Origin: an uncultured Oscillospiraceae bacterium
GTDB taxonomy: Bacteria; Bacillota; Clostridia; Oscillospirales; Oscillospiraceae
Direction of reading: 5' to 3'
DNA: 64,000 bases
Assembly (NCBI GenBank): GCA_964617335.1
Contig: CAZTXG010000002.1
Coordinates: 15,912-79,911, forward strand
Shown: positions 55,023 through 64,000 of the stretch, piece by piece
How the letters are laid out: every line of letters begins with the position of its first letter
Position numbering within the stretch: position 1 is the first letter of the stretch
The notes under the pieces: model-generated
The model's input: only the letters and a program-made list of their open reading frames with translations
Databases searched by the model: none
What the model was told of the DNA's origin: nothing
Program-made: the position numbers and the translations under genes

Positions 55023-56064
55023 CGGGCAGGGTTCCTCCTACAGACTGGGGGTTTTGCTCGAAAAGAGCGCCGAGATAGGCAGAAAGGTCCGCTTTCATGG
55101 CAGAGCCGGAGATGAAAGTGATGCTGCAATAGGGCAGAGCCTTTAAAGCAACCTCGCTTTTAGGGACAATGCCGATATCCGCAATAAGCTCGGCTGCGTC
55201 CTCTTGGTTTTCGTTAACCCAGGAGGCAGAGCTTTCATAGTCGGCTAAAAAGGCCTCTAAAAGTTCAGGATTATTTTCCGCAAAGTCAGAGGAAACAACC
55301 AGAACACCGGTTACAAGTCTGCCGTCTAAAGAGGCTTTTTCCCATTCATCACTAAGGCTTAGGGCGATGCGTGCTTCGGGATTTGCCATAAGCACTGTTG
55401 TGGCATAGGGCTGGGGCAAAACGGCTATGGTGCCGGAAACGGCGGTTTCCCCCGATAAAAGTGCCGCAATTTCTGTTGCTTCGGACTTAAACTCAACTGT
55501 GAGTCCGGTTTCAGGGTCGATGCCGTTTCCGGAAAGGATGGCATTTAAGGAATACTCTGGAGTGGTGCCCTTACCGGTGGAATAAACGGTTTTTCCTGCA
55601 AGGTCAGAAATGGAGTTTACACTGTCGCCTAGCTCCAGAACGCTTAGAACACCCAAGGTGTTTATCGCGGCAACCTTAATGGCTCCTTCTGTTTTATTGA
55701 ATAAAACAGAGGCAAGGTTTGCAGGGATGGCAGCCATGTCGAGCTCGCCGTTAATGAGCAGGGCTGAAACCTCGTCTGCCGTGCCGTAAATAGAGCTTTC
55801 GACCTCATAGGAAAGGCCGCCGTTTTCAGCCTCGTCCAAAAGCTTTACAAGACCCATGGTGGTAGGACCTTTAAGGCTTGCTAAACGTATGGTGCCTTCT
55901 ATAGGCTCTGTTTCGTCAGCTTCCATACCCTCATCTTCGGGGGTCATCGTTTCGTTGTTTTCCGTGTCCGCAGTTTCCCCGTTGTTGGCTTCGTTTGTCT
56001 TGCAGCCTGTGAAAAGAGCAAAGATAAGCGCAAGAGCAAAAAAGATGCTAAGATACCTTTTCAT
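54997..56064 (-). CDS. ABC transporter substrate-binding lipoprotein (NMT1/SsuA/TauA-like)
   Basis: Signal peptide plus lipobox (MKRYLSIFFALALIFALFTGC), an acidic linker, then a periplasmic-binding fold (IRLASLKGPTTMGLVKL...). Confidence 0.7.
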   Translation of the reverse strand: MKRYLSIFFALALIFALFTGCKTNEANNGETADTENNETMTPEDEGMEADETEPIEGTIRLASLKGPTTMGLVKLLDEAENGGLSYEVESSIYGTADEVSALLINGELDMAAIPANLASVLFNKTEGAIKVAAINTLGVLSVLELGDSVNSISDLAGKTVYSTGKGTTPEYSLNAILSGNGIDPETGLTVEFKSEATEIAALLSGETAVSGTIAVLPQPYATTVLMANPEARIALSLSDEWEKASLDGRLVTGVLVVSSDFAENNPELLEAFLADYESSASWVNENQEDAAELIADIGIVPKSEVALKALPYCSITFISGSAMKADLSAYLGALFEQNPQSVGGTLPDDSFYYGT

Positions 56065-56176
56065 GATTGTCTCCTTCTATCTAAGTATAATATTATCTAT
56101 TTTACTCCAGAGAAAAATTAAAGTAAAGGGAATAAGACAGACTTTGTTATTTTATTTACAATCTTCCCATAACAAG

Positions 56177-58024
56177 CTAAATTTCCCTGTCCTTTTCAGC
56201 ACACATGACGGCAATTTCCATAACCGGCGGCAAAAACTCGTTATAAAGCCCTCGTTTTGTATAGCTAGTGTGCAAAAGCTCGTGGGAAAGCTTGCTGCCC
56301 GGCTCGCCAAGATATTCGGAGTACAGTGCAAGTATATCCGGATTTTCGTGGGACTTGCGCTTTTCCTTGCCTTCGTCCTCCCGGCCTAAAGCCTCTCTGC
56401 GAAGTTTTAAAACCTCTGATATATCTGTTTCGCAGGTGGATTTTACCCTTGGCTGACCGCCGCCGTTTATGCAGCCGCCAGGACAGCCCATAATTTCAAC
56501 AAAATGATAAGGGCTTTCTCCGGCCGCAACCTGTTTCATGATGCTATCGGCGCTTTTAAGGCCACTGGCGACGGCAACCTTTGCCTCAACTCCCTCAAGA
56601 TAAGAAAAATCAGGCAGGCAGTCGGCAAATTTAACGGCCCCATGGTAAACACCTTCAAGACCCTCGGCGGGAGTAAGCTTAAGAGCGTTAGGTTCAAGCT
56701 CACGCCCTGTTACAAGTTCGTACACAGTGCGCAGGGCAGCTTCCATAACTCCTCCGGTCATGCCGAAAATATCCGCCGCTCCCGTGGAAAAGCCCAAAGG
56801 CGCGTCAAAGCTACTGTCGGGAAGATTTCTAAAGTCTATGCCCATGGTGCGAATCATCCTTGCAAGCTCACGGGTGGTTATGACAGCGTCCACATTGGGG
56901 GTGTCACGGTTTTGCATTTCGGGGCGGTCAATTTCAAACTTTTTCGCCGTGCAGGGCATAACGGAAACTACAAACATTTTCTCAGGGGGCAGACCGATTT
57001 TGTCCGTGTAATAGCTCTTTATAAGAGCGCCCAGCATAGTGTGGGGAGACTTGCAGGTGGAAAGGTGGGAAAGTTCATTGGGGAAGACGTGTTCAATATG
57101 CTTTATCCAACCCGGCGAGCAGCTTGTTATCATGGGAAGGCTTGCCCCCTTGCCTGTAACAGCATCACGCAGGCGGTGTAAAAGCTCTGTGCCCTCTTCC
57201 ATTATTGTAAGGTCTGCCGCAAAGTTTGTGTCAAAAACATCATCAAAGCCCAAATCTCGCAGGGCTGTTGCAAGCTTTCCTGTTACAAGAGTGCCGGCAG
57301 GCAGGGAAAATTCCTCACCTAAGGCGGCACGAACAGCCGGAGCAACCTGGACAGCCACCCTTATGTTCGGGTCATGAAGGGCATTCCATACCATGTCCAT
57401 TCCGTCGGTTTCCGTAAGAGCTCCCGTGGGACAGACAAGGGTGCACTGACCGCACATGGCGCAGTGGACACTTTCCAAAGGCATTCCCAAAGGCGGTGAG
57501 ATAACTGTGTTAAAGCCGCGGCTTTGTCCGCTTATTGCGCCCACACCCTGAACATTAGTGCAAACTGTGACACAGCGGCGGCAGAGTATGCACTTTCTTG
57601 TATCACGGGTTATGGAAGGGCTTATATCAAGCCTTGCAGGCCCTGCCTCGCCGTGGAAGTGGGTTTCCAAAATGCCCAAGGTGTTTCCAAGCTCCTGAAG
57701 CTCACAGCTAAGGTTTCTTGAGCAGGCCGTACACTCTTTGGGGTGGTTTGAAAGCATAAGATCATAAAGAACCTTTCGTGCCGAACGCACTTTTTCCGTG
57801 TTTGTGCGGACAACCATGCCCTCTTGAGCCTTAACTATGCATGAGGCCAAAAGGTTTTTTGCCCCTTCCACCTCAACAACACAGATGCGGCAGGAGCCGT
57901 GGGCATGAACCCCATGGAGATGGCAGAGTGTGGGTATGGTAATTCCGGAGAGCTTTGCGGCCTCAAGAATTGTGGAGCCTTCCGGCGCCGAGACCTTTTT
58001 TCCGTTTATTGTAAGTTCTATCAT
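56177..58024 (-). CDS. hydA: [FeFe]-hydrogenase catalytic subunit (HydA of a HydABC-type complex) with an atypical L1 motif
   Basis: ATG at 58024 after GAGGGAGG. N-terminal 2Fe-2S domain, a His-ligated cluster (HPKECTACSRNLSC) and two ferredoxin motifs. H-cluster motifs are TSCSPGW (canonical TSCCPxW), MPCTAKKFE and EIMGCPGGCINGGGQP. Confidence 0.85.
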   Translation of the reverse strand: MIELTINGKKVSAPEGSTILEAAKLSGITIPTLCHLHGVHAHGSCRICVVEVEGAKNLLASCIVKAQEGMVVRTNTEKVRSARKVLYDLMLSNHPKECTACSRNLSCELQELGNTLGILETHFHGEAGPARLDISPSITRDTRKCILCRRCVTVCTNVQGVGAISGQSRGFNTVISPPLGMPLESVHCAMCGQCTLVCPTGALTETDGMDMVWNALHDPNIRVAVQVAPAVRAALGEEFSLPAGTLVTGKLATALRDLGFDDVFDTNFAADLTIMEEGTELLHRLRDAVTGKGASLPMITSCSPGWIKHIEHVFPNELSHLSTCKSPHTMLGALIKSYYTDKIGLPPEKMFVVSVMPCTAKKFEIDRPEMQNRDTPNVDAVITTRELARMIRTMGIDFRNLPDSSFDAPLGFSTGAADIFGMTGGVMEAALRTVYELVTGRELEPNALKLTPAEGLEGVYHGAVKFADCLPDFSYLEGVEAKVAVASGLKSADSIMKQVAAGESPYHFVEIMGCPGGCINGGGQPRVKSTCETDISEVLKLRREALGREDEGKEKRKSHENPDILALYSEYLGEPGSKLSHELLHTSYTKRGLYNEFLPPVMEIAVMCAEKDREI

Positions 58025-58038
58025 AATTTTTTCCTCCC

Positions 58039-59907
58039 TCAGCAAAGCTCTACGGCATCGAAGCGGCAAACAAGCCGGCAGCTGCCGCATTTTATGCACA
58101 ATTCACTGTCAATCAGATGCGGGAGCTTCTTTTCGCCGCTTATGGCGGCAACGGGACACTTCTGGATACAGGCTCCGCAGCCTCGACACTTGTCGGCATT
58201 TATATGATAGCTGCAAAGGTCAAGGCAAATATGAGCAGGACAGGTTTTGTCAACTATATGAGCCTCATACTCGTCCCTGAAGTACCTAAGAGTTGTTAAA
58301 ACGGGGTTTGGCGCTGTTTGTCCCAGGCCGCACATAGAGGTGAGCTTCACCGTTCTTGCAAGGGTTTCAAGGTCGTCCAAGTCTGAAGGCTCCCCTTGCC
58401 CCGAGGTTATTTTTATAAGAAGCTCCAGCATACGCTTTGTTCCGTTTCGGCAGGGCAGGCAGTGGCCGCAGCTCTCGTCCTGAACAAACTCCATGAAATA
58501 ACGGGCAGTGTCAACAAGGCAGGTGTCCTCGTCCATTACTATAAGGCCGCCCGAACCTATGATGGCACCGGCTGCTGCAAGACTTTCATAGTCAACAGAG
58601 GTGTCAAGATGCTGGAAAGTCAGACAGCCGCCGGAGGGGCCGCCGGACTGAACGGCCTTAAAGGCCTTATCATCTTTTATGCCGCCGCCTATTTTATAAA
58701 TAATATCCCGCAGGGTGGTTCCCATGGGAATTTCTATGATGCCGGAGTTTTTAATGTCTCCCGCCAAGGCAAAGACCTTTGTTCCAAGGCTTTTTCCGAC
58801 ACCGTAGGAAGAAAACCACTCTGGCCCGTTTAAGATGATGGCAGGAACGTTTGCCAGAGTTTCCACGTTGTTTATTATTGTCGGGCAGTCCCAAAGACCC
58901 CTTTGGAAGGGGAAGGGAGGCTTTTGCCGAGGCTCGCCTCTTTGACCTTCTATGGAGTTTATAAGAGCTGTTTCCTCGCCGCAGACAAAGGCTCCCGCGC
59001 CTATGCGAATTTCAATGTCGAAGTCAAAGCCGGAGGAGAGAATGTTCTTACCCAAAAGCCCCACAGAGCGGGCCGCGTTTAGGGCCTCGCTCAGCCGCTC
59101 TATGGCAAGGGGGTATTCCGCGCGCACATAGACATAGCCCATATCGGCACCTATAACATAGCCGCCAATGGTCATAGCCTCCACTATGCTGTGGGGGTCG
59201 CCCTCAAGGATGCTCCTGTCCATAAAAGCTCCGGGGTCGCCCTCGTCGGCGTTGCAGATTATGTATTTTTGCTTGCCCTCCTGGCGCATTCCTGCCTGCC
59301 ACTTTACCCCAAGGGGGAAGCCGGCGCCGCCCCGGCCCCGCAGGCCGGAGTCTATAAGCTGCTTTGTGGTTTCTTCCCTTCCCAGCTCATGCAAAACCTT
59401 GGAAAGGGCAAAGTAACCGTCATGACCTATGTAGTCTTCAATTGAAGAAAAGTCAATTCTGCCGCAGTTTCTAAGGGCAATTTTAACCTGGTCGGAGAAA
59501 AAGCCAATGTCTTTCATATAGGGCTGGTAGGCTCCTGTCTCCTCGTCAAAATAGCAAAACTCCTCAACAATGCGGCCGCCTATAAGGTGCCTGTCCACTA
59601 TCATTTTAACTTTTTCCGGTGTAAGCTTGCCGTAAAAAACTCCTTCCGGCTCAACAACCATGCAGGGGCCTTGAGCGCAAAGACCTATACAGCCTGTAAG
59701 CACCATGGAAACCTCCGAGGCAAGACCCCGCAAAGCCATGGCTTTTTTCATGGCGTTTACGATGTCGGCACAGTGGGAGGAGGTGCAGCCGCCTCCGCCG
59801 CAGACATATACAGTGTGGCGGAAGTCAGAGTTTGCGTCTATAAAATTCTGGCGCAGCTCCTCAAGCTCTGCTTGGTTTTTTATGTTTAAAGTGTAAATTG
59901 CGCTCAT
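58039..59907 (-). CDS. hydB: NuoF-like NAD(P)H/FMN/Fe-S subunit of bifurcating-type hydrogenase (HydB/HndC)
   Basis: 622 aa. N-terminal thioredoxin-like 2Fe-2S domain (VCGGGGCTSSHC...GLCAQGP), GRGGAGFPLGVKW, ESCGHCLPCRNG, and two C-terminal CxxCxxCxxxCP motifs. Confidence 0.9.
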   Translation of the reverse strand: MSAIYTLNIKNQAELEELRQNFIDANSDFRHTVYVCGGGGCTSSHCADIVNAMKKAMALRGLASEVSMVLTGCIGLCAQGPCMVVEPEGVFYGKLTPEKVKMIVDRHLIGGRIVEEFCYFDEETGAYQPYMKDIGFFSDQVKIALRNCGRIDFSSIEDYIGHDGYFALSKVLHELGREETTKQLIDSGLRGRGGAGFPLGVKWQAGMRQEGKQKYIICNADEGDPGAFMDRSILEGDPHSIVEAMTIGGYVIGADMGYVYVRAEYPLAIERLSEALNAARSVGLLGKNILSSGFDFDIEIRIGAGAFVCGEETALINSIEGQRGEPRQKPPFPFQRGLWDCPTIINNVETLANVPAIILNGPEWFSSYGVGKSLGTKVFALAGDIKNSGIIEIPMGTTLRDIIYKIGGGIKDDKAFKAVQSGGPSGGCLTFQHLDTSVDYESLAAAGAIIGSGGLIVMDEDTCLVDTARYFMEFVQDESCGHCLPCRNGTKRMLELLIKITSGQGEPSDLDDLETLARTVKLTSMCGLGQTAPNPVLTTLRYFRDEYEAHIVDKTCPAHICLDLCSYHINADKCRGCGACIQKCPVAAISGEKKLPHLIDSELCIKCGSCRLVCRFDAVELC

Positions 59908-60446
59908 ACAAGCTCACCTCCCTCATCTGACTTATTTTCTTTCTCATACCACTCGGCAAAAATTGCCGGCAGTCTTTCCGGAGTAACCGCCGGATAAACA
60001 ACAGCGTCAATAGTCATGGCAGGGGCAAGGCCGCAGGCTCCTATACAGCGGGCAATCTCAAAGGTAAACATACCGTCGGCAGTTGTGCGGCCGACTTTTA
60101 CATTAAGCTCGTTTTGTATGGCGTCGGAGATGGAAACCCCTCCCCGAACATAACAGGCCGTTCCAAGACAGACACGGATGGTGTGGCGCCCGCGAGGCTC
60201 CGTTGTAAAAAACGAATAAAAGCTTACAACCCCCGAAACAGTTGACAGGGGAAGTTCAAGCTCTGTTGCCACTATCTGTTGAACCTCAAGGGGAAGGTGG
60301 CCGTAAATACCCTGAACCATGTGCAGAACCTGAATAAGGCTGCCTTGCTTACTTCTGCCGTCCGCGGAAATTTGGCGGATACGTTCCAGTACATAGGCAT
60401 CGGCAGCTTCGACAGTGTCACAGCACTGTCCGGTCTTATTGTTCAT
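59904..60446 (-). CDS. hydC: NuoE-like 2Fe-2S subunit of hydrogenase (HydC/HndA)
   Basis: 180 aa. CLGTACYVRGG...ARCIGACGLAPAM. GAGGAGG RBS. ATGA-type overlap with hydB. Confidence 0.9.
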   Translation of the reverse strand: MNNKTGQCCDTVEAADAYVLERIRQISADGRSKQGSLIQVLHMVQGIYGHLPLEVQQIVATELELPLSTVSGVVSFYSFFTTEPRGRHTIRVCLGTACYVRGGVSISDAIQNELNVKVGRTTADGMFTFEIARCIGACGLAPAMTIDAVVYPAVTPERLPAIFAEWYEKENKSDEGGELV

Positions 60447-60746
60447 ATTGTGTTGCCTCCTCTTAGTTATAGTAGAATCTGCGGTTTTGTCCGAAAGCCG
60501 GTAATGGGAGCTTATTTATATGTGCCTGCAAGTCAGACAGATGCTTAAAAGGCACACTTATAATAAATGCTATGCCATTTGGGGGAAGAAAGCAAGAAAA
60601 GTTAAGTTATTAACGGCTAAAAAGCAGAGAAATTTTAAGAAAAAGTTCTGACAATTTTCATCTTGACTTCTTTGTTGAAATCTACTAAAATAAAAGATAC
60701 GAGACTTTAAACTTTGTTGCATTTTTAACGATAATTTATTGACAAT

Positions 60747-60798
60747 AAAAAGGCAGCAGCCCTTTTTTGTTTATTTCAGAAAGGGCTGCTGCCTTTTG
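60747..60798. terminator. terminator-like hairpin downstream of the amidohydrolase gene
   Basis: GGCAGCAGCCC (60752-60762) pairs with GGGCTGCTGCC (60783-60793) across a 20-nt loop. Flanked by A- and T-runs. Confidence 0.55.
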
Positions 60799-60832
60799 TT
60801 ATTTTACATTTTTTGATTTTTGAGGATAAATT

Positions 60833-62101
60833 TTAAAAAAGCCTTATACCGTCAACATATTTTGCCTTAACCAAGCTGTCGCCGCCTAAATACATAAGGC
60901 GCTCCAGCCGCTGGGAAAGGGACATGGGGCGAGGTGACAAAAGGCTGCTGTCATCTAAAACAACGGCATCGAAAAGATAATCCTTATAGAAGCTGCCGAC
61001 TTTGCCGAAAAAGCTGCCGCCCCCAAGGCTTGCCATATAAAACACCTCGGGGAAGCTAAGGGGAGCAAGAGCTTTGTCAACTAAGCGCCAGCGCAGCTTT
61101 GAAACCTGAACAGCAGAGGCCATTGTGCGGAAAAGCGAAAGGTTAGACCCGCCGGCAAGATCTGTTCCAAGGCCCATGTTAAGTCCCTCGTCAAGATAGA
61201 GGCGGCTGGGGGCAATACCCGAGGTGAGATTTGTGTTTGACTGGGGGCAGTGGGCTATATATACCCCACGCTCCTTCATACGGGAGACTTCACTTTCACT
61301 GGAGTAGACACAGTGGGCCATGACGGTTTTTGCCTCACCTCCGAAAAGACCAAAGCGTTCATAGGTTTCACCATAGTCCTCGGAGTCGGGGTAAAGCTTT
61401 TTTACCCACTGAACCTCGTCAAGGTTTTCGGAAAGATGGGACTGAACGGGGAGCTTATATTTTTTTTGAAGCTTCCCCAGACCTTCCATAAGGCTATCCG
61501 AGCAGGAGGGGGTAAAGCGGGGGGTGATTATAGGCCCTGTTTTTTTAAAACGGCCGCTTTCTTTAATCCACTCTTCGGTTTTAAAAAGTGAGGCGGAAGT
61601 TTCTTCAATAAGGTAGGGAGGGCTGTTTCTATCCATGTTCACCTTGCCCACAAGGCTGCGCAGGCCACTTTTTTCAAGTTTTTCCATAAGAACAAGGCTG
61701 GCTTGCCTGTGCAAGGTAGCAAAAATAAGGGCGCTGGTGGTGGAGCTGAAAAGAAGCTCTTGAACAAACATATCGTAGGCTTTTTCGGCATACTCCAAGT
61801 TTTCATAGCGGGCTTCCTCGGGAAAGGCCTGGGTATTAAGCCAATCTAAAAGTTCAAGGTCCATGTCGGTGCCCCGAAAGGCATACTGGCAGACATGAAG
61901 GTGCAGGTCGCAAAGGCCGGGGATTATAAGCTTATCCCCAAAATCCTCTATGGGCAGATTTGCGTATTTTTTGGGAAGGCTTTTAAAAACCCCTGCAGAA
62001 ACACCATTTTCACAAACGAGATAAGAGCCTTCGTTTGCAGAAAGCTCCGCAGGGCCTTTGCTGAATATGATGTCGCCTTTTAAGATAAAAGATTTTGCCA
62101 T
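60833..62101 (-). CDS. amidohydrolase-superfamily protein, guanine-deaminase-like
   Basis: ATG at 62101; the ORF track starts at a GTG at 62110. Metal motif DLHLH, then QSHLSENLDEVQWV (the HxSEN...E pattern of guanine deaminases), then GTDLAGG. Confidence 0.6.
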   Translation of the reverse strand: MAKSFILKGDIIFSKGPAELSANEGSYLVCENGVSAGVFKSLPKKYANLPIEDFGDKLIIPGLCDLHLHVCQYAFRGTDMDLELLDWLNTQAFPEEARYENLEYAEKAYDMFVQELLFSSTTSALIFATLHRQASLVLMEKLEKSGLRSLVGKVNMDRNSPPYLIEETSASLFKTEEWIKESGRFKKTGPIITPRFTPSCSDSLMEGLGKLQKKYKLPVQSHLSENLDEVQWVKKLYPDSEDYGETYERFGLFGGEAKTVMAHCVYSSESEVSRMKERGVYIAHCPQSNTNLTSGIAPSRLYLDEGLNMGLGTDLAGGSNLSLFRTMASAVQVSKLRWRLVDKALAPLSFPEVFYMASLGGGSFFGKVGSFYKDYLFDAVVLDDSSLLSPRPMSLSQRLERLMYLGGDSLVKAKYVDGIRLF

Positions 62102-62245
62102 GAAAATCACATCCTTATCTATTAAGAAAAGTGTGCCGCAGCCTTTTTAAGCCCCTGCCTTCATAGCTTTTCGGCCTTTATTAAAGGGCATGAAAAAAAG
62201 GCTTAGGCAGCCGCTTGTTATGAGATAGACATATAGGCACACGGC

Positions 62246-62437
62246 TTATTCACCATCGTCTTTATGCTGAATACTCTTTATATTACGCTCAAATTTGCTC
62301 CGAGCACCCATAACCTCATGGCCGCAGCCTAAGCAGCGAAGCCTGAAATCCATACCTGTGCGAAGAACAAGCCATCGCTTTTCCCCGCAGGGGTGAGGCT
62401 TTTTCATAGTAAGCACATCGCCTACACGAACATCCAT
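62246..62437 (-). CDS. DUF951-family small protein
   Basis: 63 aa. GDVLTMKKPHPCG...WLVLRTGMDFRLRCLGCGHEVM is typical of DUF951. Starts 1 nt after the rarA stop. Confidence 0.7.
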   Translation of the reverse strand: MDVRVGDVLTMKKPHPCGEKRWLVLRTGMDFRLRCLGCGHEVMGARSKFERNIKSIQHKDDGE

Positions 62438-62438
62438 A

Positions 62439-63707
62439 TCAGCCCTCCTCCTTTTTTATGGCCTTCCAATAGCTTTTTGCGGCCTGCTCTGTTTTATTGT
62501 CGCCATATTCATAATACCTTGCTCCGGAAAGAGCCTCCGGCAGGTATTGCTGTTTTACATAGTGGTTTTCAAAGTTGTGGGGGTATTTATAGTTTTGCTC
62601 CCGGGCTTGCTCTGTGGAGTCTAAGTGCATATTTTGAAGTTCCCGTGGTATATCGCCGGTTTTTCCCCGCCGCACATCTGCTATGGCAGAGTCTATTGCC
62701 GCATAGGCAGAATTTGACTTAGGTGCTGTGGAAAGAAGGATAACCGCCTGAGCCAAAGGCAGCCTTGCCTCGGGAAGCCCCAGCTGCAAGGCGCTGTCAA
62801 CACAGGATTTAACAATAGAAACAGCCTGGGGATAGGCAAGGCCAATGTCTTCCGAGGCAGAGCAAAGTATACGGCGGCAGGCTCCGGGAAGGTCCCCCGC
62901 CTCTAAAAGTCTTGCAAGATAATGCAGGGCCGCATCCGGATCGCTGCCCCGCATGGACTTCATTAAAGCGGAGAGTATGTCAAAATGGTCGTCCCCCTGC
63001 CTGTCATAGCGCATGGCGCTTTTTTGGGATACAAGGCGGGCATCAGAAAGACAGAGGGTGACAGAGTCCTTGCCCTTTCGGCTGGCGGAATATAAAAGCT
63101 CTATGGCATTTATGGCCTTTCTGGCATCTCCGCCGCAGCTTGCGGCAATATAGCTTAAAACCTCAGGCTCCGGCTGTATCTTAATTTTATCACGGTCTTG
63201 GAGAAAACTGACGGCTCGGATTAAAGCCTTTTCCACATCCTCCGGACTGATGGGCTTAAACTCGAAAATAGTAGAGCGGCTTAAAATTGCGTTAAAAACA
63301 TAAAAGTAGGGGTTTTCCGTAGTTGAAGCTATAAGGCTTATTTTCCCGTTTTCTATAAATTCCAGAAGGGATTGCTGCTGTTTTTTATTAAAATATTGTA
63401 TTTCATCAAGGTAGAGAAGTATGCCGTTTGGGGCAAGCAGGGTATCCAACTCGTCGATAATGGCTTTTATATCGGAGATTCCGGAGGTGGTGGCGTTCAT
63501 ATGGCGCAGGCTGCGATGGGTATTTTCCGCTATAATCCTTGCTACGGTGGTTTTTCCCGTGCCGGAAGGACCATAAAAAATCATATTTGGTATATGGCCG
63601 GAGGAAATAAGGCGGCGCAGCATGGAGCCTTCGCCAAGTATATGCTCCTGACCTACAACTTCGTCAAGGCAGCTGGGGCGAAGTTCGTCCGCTAAAGGTC
63701 TGTACAT
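62439..63707 (-). CDS. rarA: replication-associated recombination protein A (AAA+ ATPase)
   Basis: Walker A GPSGTGKTT, Walker B LLYLDEIQYFNK, and a MgsA C-terminal domain (DHFDILSALMKSMRGSDPDAALHYLARLLEAG). Confidence 0.9.
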   Translation of the reverse strand: MYRPLADELRPSCLDEVVGQEHILGEGSMLRRLISSGHIPNMIFYGPSGTGKTTVARIIAENTHRSLRHMNATTSGISDIKAIIDELDTLLAPNGILLYLDEIQYFNKKQQQSLLEFIENGKISLIASTTENPYFYVFNAILSRSTIFEFKPISPEDVEKALIRAVSFLQDRDKIKIQPEPEVLSYIAASCGGDARKAINAIELLYSASRKGKDSVTLCLSDARLVSQKSAMRYDRQGDDHFDILSALMKSMRGSDPDAALHYLARLLEAGDLPGACRRILCSASEDIGLAYPQAVSIVKSCVDSALQLGLPEARLPLAQAVILLSTAPKSNSAYAAIDSAIADVRRGKTGDIPRELQNMHLDSTEQAREQNYKYPHNFENHYVKQQYLPEALSGARYYEYGDNKTEQAAKSYWKAIKKEEG

Positions 63708-63854
63708 GACTTTTCTCCTTTCCGGATTTTAAACTTTTTTCCTAGAAAAACTAAGCATATTTTTGTGTGCGGCAAATAATTTATTCTGAAAGGGCCTAAA
63801 GGCCCTTAAAATAATATTTCAACGCAAAAGAATGTTTCCGCATCTTAAAACTAC

Positions 63855-63894
63855 AAAAAGAGCCGATGGGTTTGCACCTATCGGCTCTTTTTTG
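63855..63894. terminator. bidirectional rho-independent terminator
   Basis: AGAGCCGAT (63859-63867) pairs with ATCGGCTCT (63880-63888). Flanked by AAAAA and TTTTTT. It lies ~40 nt downstream of the minus-strand stop at 63937. Confidence 0.7.
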
Positions 63895-63936
63895 CTGATA
63901 AGCAGCCTCTATAAAGGTAATTTTACCATAAGCTTT

Positions 63937-64000
63937 TTAGCGATACAAGGGGTATTTCCGGCAAAGGGATTCAACACGAGCTTCAATTTCGGCGTGTTTT
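63937..64000 (-). CDS. 3' end of an unidentified minus-strand gene (only 21 codons in the window)
   Basis: The rc reading frame gives ...KHAEIEARVESLCRKYPLYR-stop (TAA, rc of 63937-63939), followed by the terminator at 63855-63894. Too short to identify. Confidence 0.3.
   Translation of the reverse strand, partial: KHAEIEARVESLCRKYPLYR

Noticed and set aside
56065-56176. Possible TPP riboswitch upstream of the NMT1/THI5-like binding protein.
   Set aside because: The spacer is only ~110 nt. A TTTACT-17-TAAAAT promoter (minus strand) leaves a leader of ~30 nt, which is too short for a riboswitch, and no TPP-box (CTGAGA) was seen.

Overview
Chromosomal segment of a strictly anaerobic Firmicute. 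The gene content and signals look Clostridia-like: GGAGG ribosome-binding sites, T-box leaders, a HydABC-type [FeFe]-hydrogenase, HemZ/HemW radical-SAM genes and sigma-54. About 57 densely packed protein-coding genes. I found no rRNA, tRNA, CRISPR array, transposase, integrase or phage genes. Housekeeping blocks are: a hemZ...rpoN operon (2.5-7.7 kb), nadBC, hpf, a MATE exporter, ridA, htpG, hemW, a VanW protein, metG, mnmG-mnmA, a YtrA-type GntR/ABC module, an ABC importer fragment, hydCBA, a guanine-deaminase-like amidohydrolase and rarA. leuABCD and ilvBNCD are transcribed divergently from a ~1 kb region that holds two T-box leaders (Leu CUC and probable Ile AUC specifiers). The stand-out is a ~13.5 kb accessory cluster (9545-23091). 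It holds three tandem paralogous pairs of catalytic subunits of the benzoyl-CoA-reductase / 2-hydroxyacyl-CoA-dehydratase family, but only one pair of non-identical BcrA/BcrD-type ATPases. It also encodes a dedicated 2x[4Fe-4S] ferredoxin, a CooC-type P-loop metallochaperone, a His-rich CsoR-family metal sensor and a Cat2/AbfT-type CoA-transferase. A textbook sigma-54 -24/-12 promoter sits in the middle of the cluster. The order small subunit, large subunit, ATPase, ATPase, ferredoxin (12350-17271) matches the bzdNOPQM order of Azoarcus-type class I benzoyl-CoA reductase, but no downstream benzoyl-CoA pathway genes are present. I read this as a candidate undescribed, modular, ATP-driven low-potential acyl-CoA reductase system of unknown substrate. 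A second observation worth checking is that the HydA H-cluster motif reads TSCSPGW instead of the canonical TSCCPxW. All calls come from reading the ORF translations and the DNA by eye; no database search was possible.
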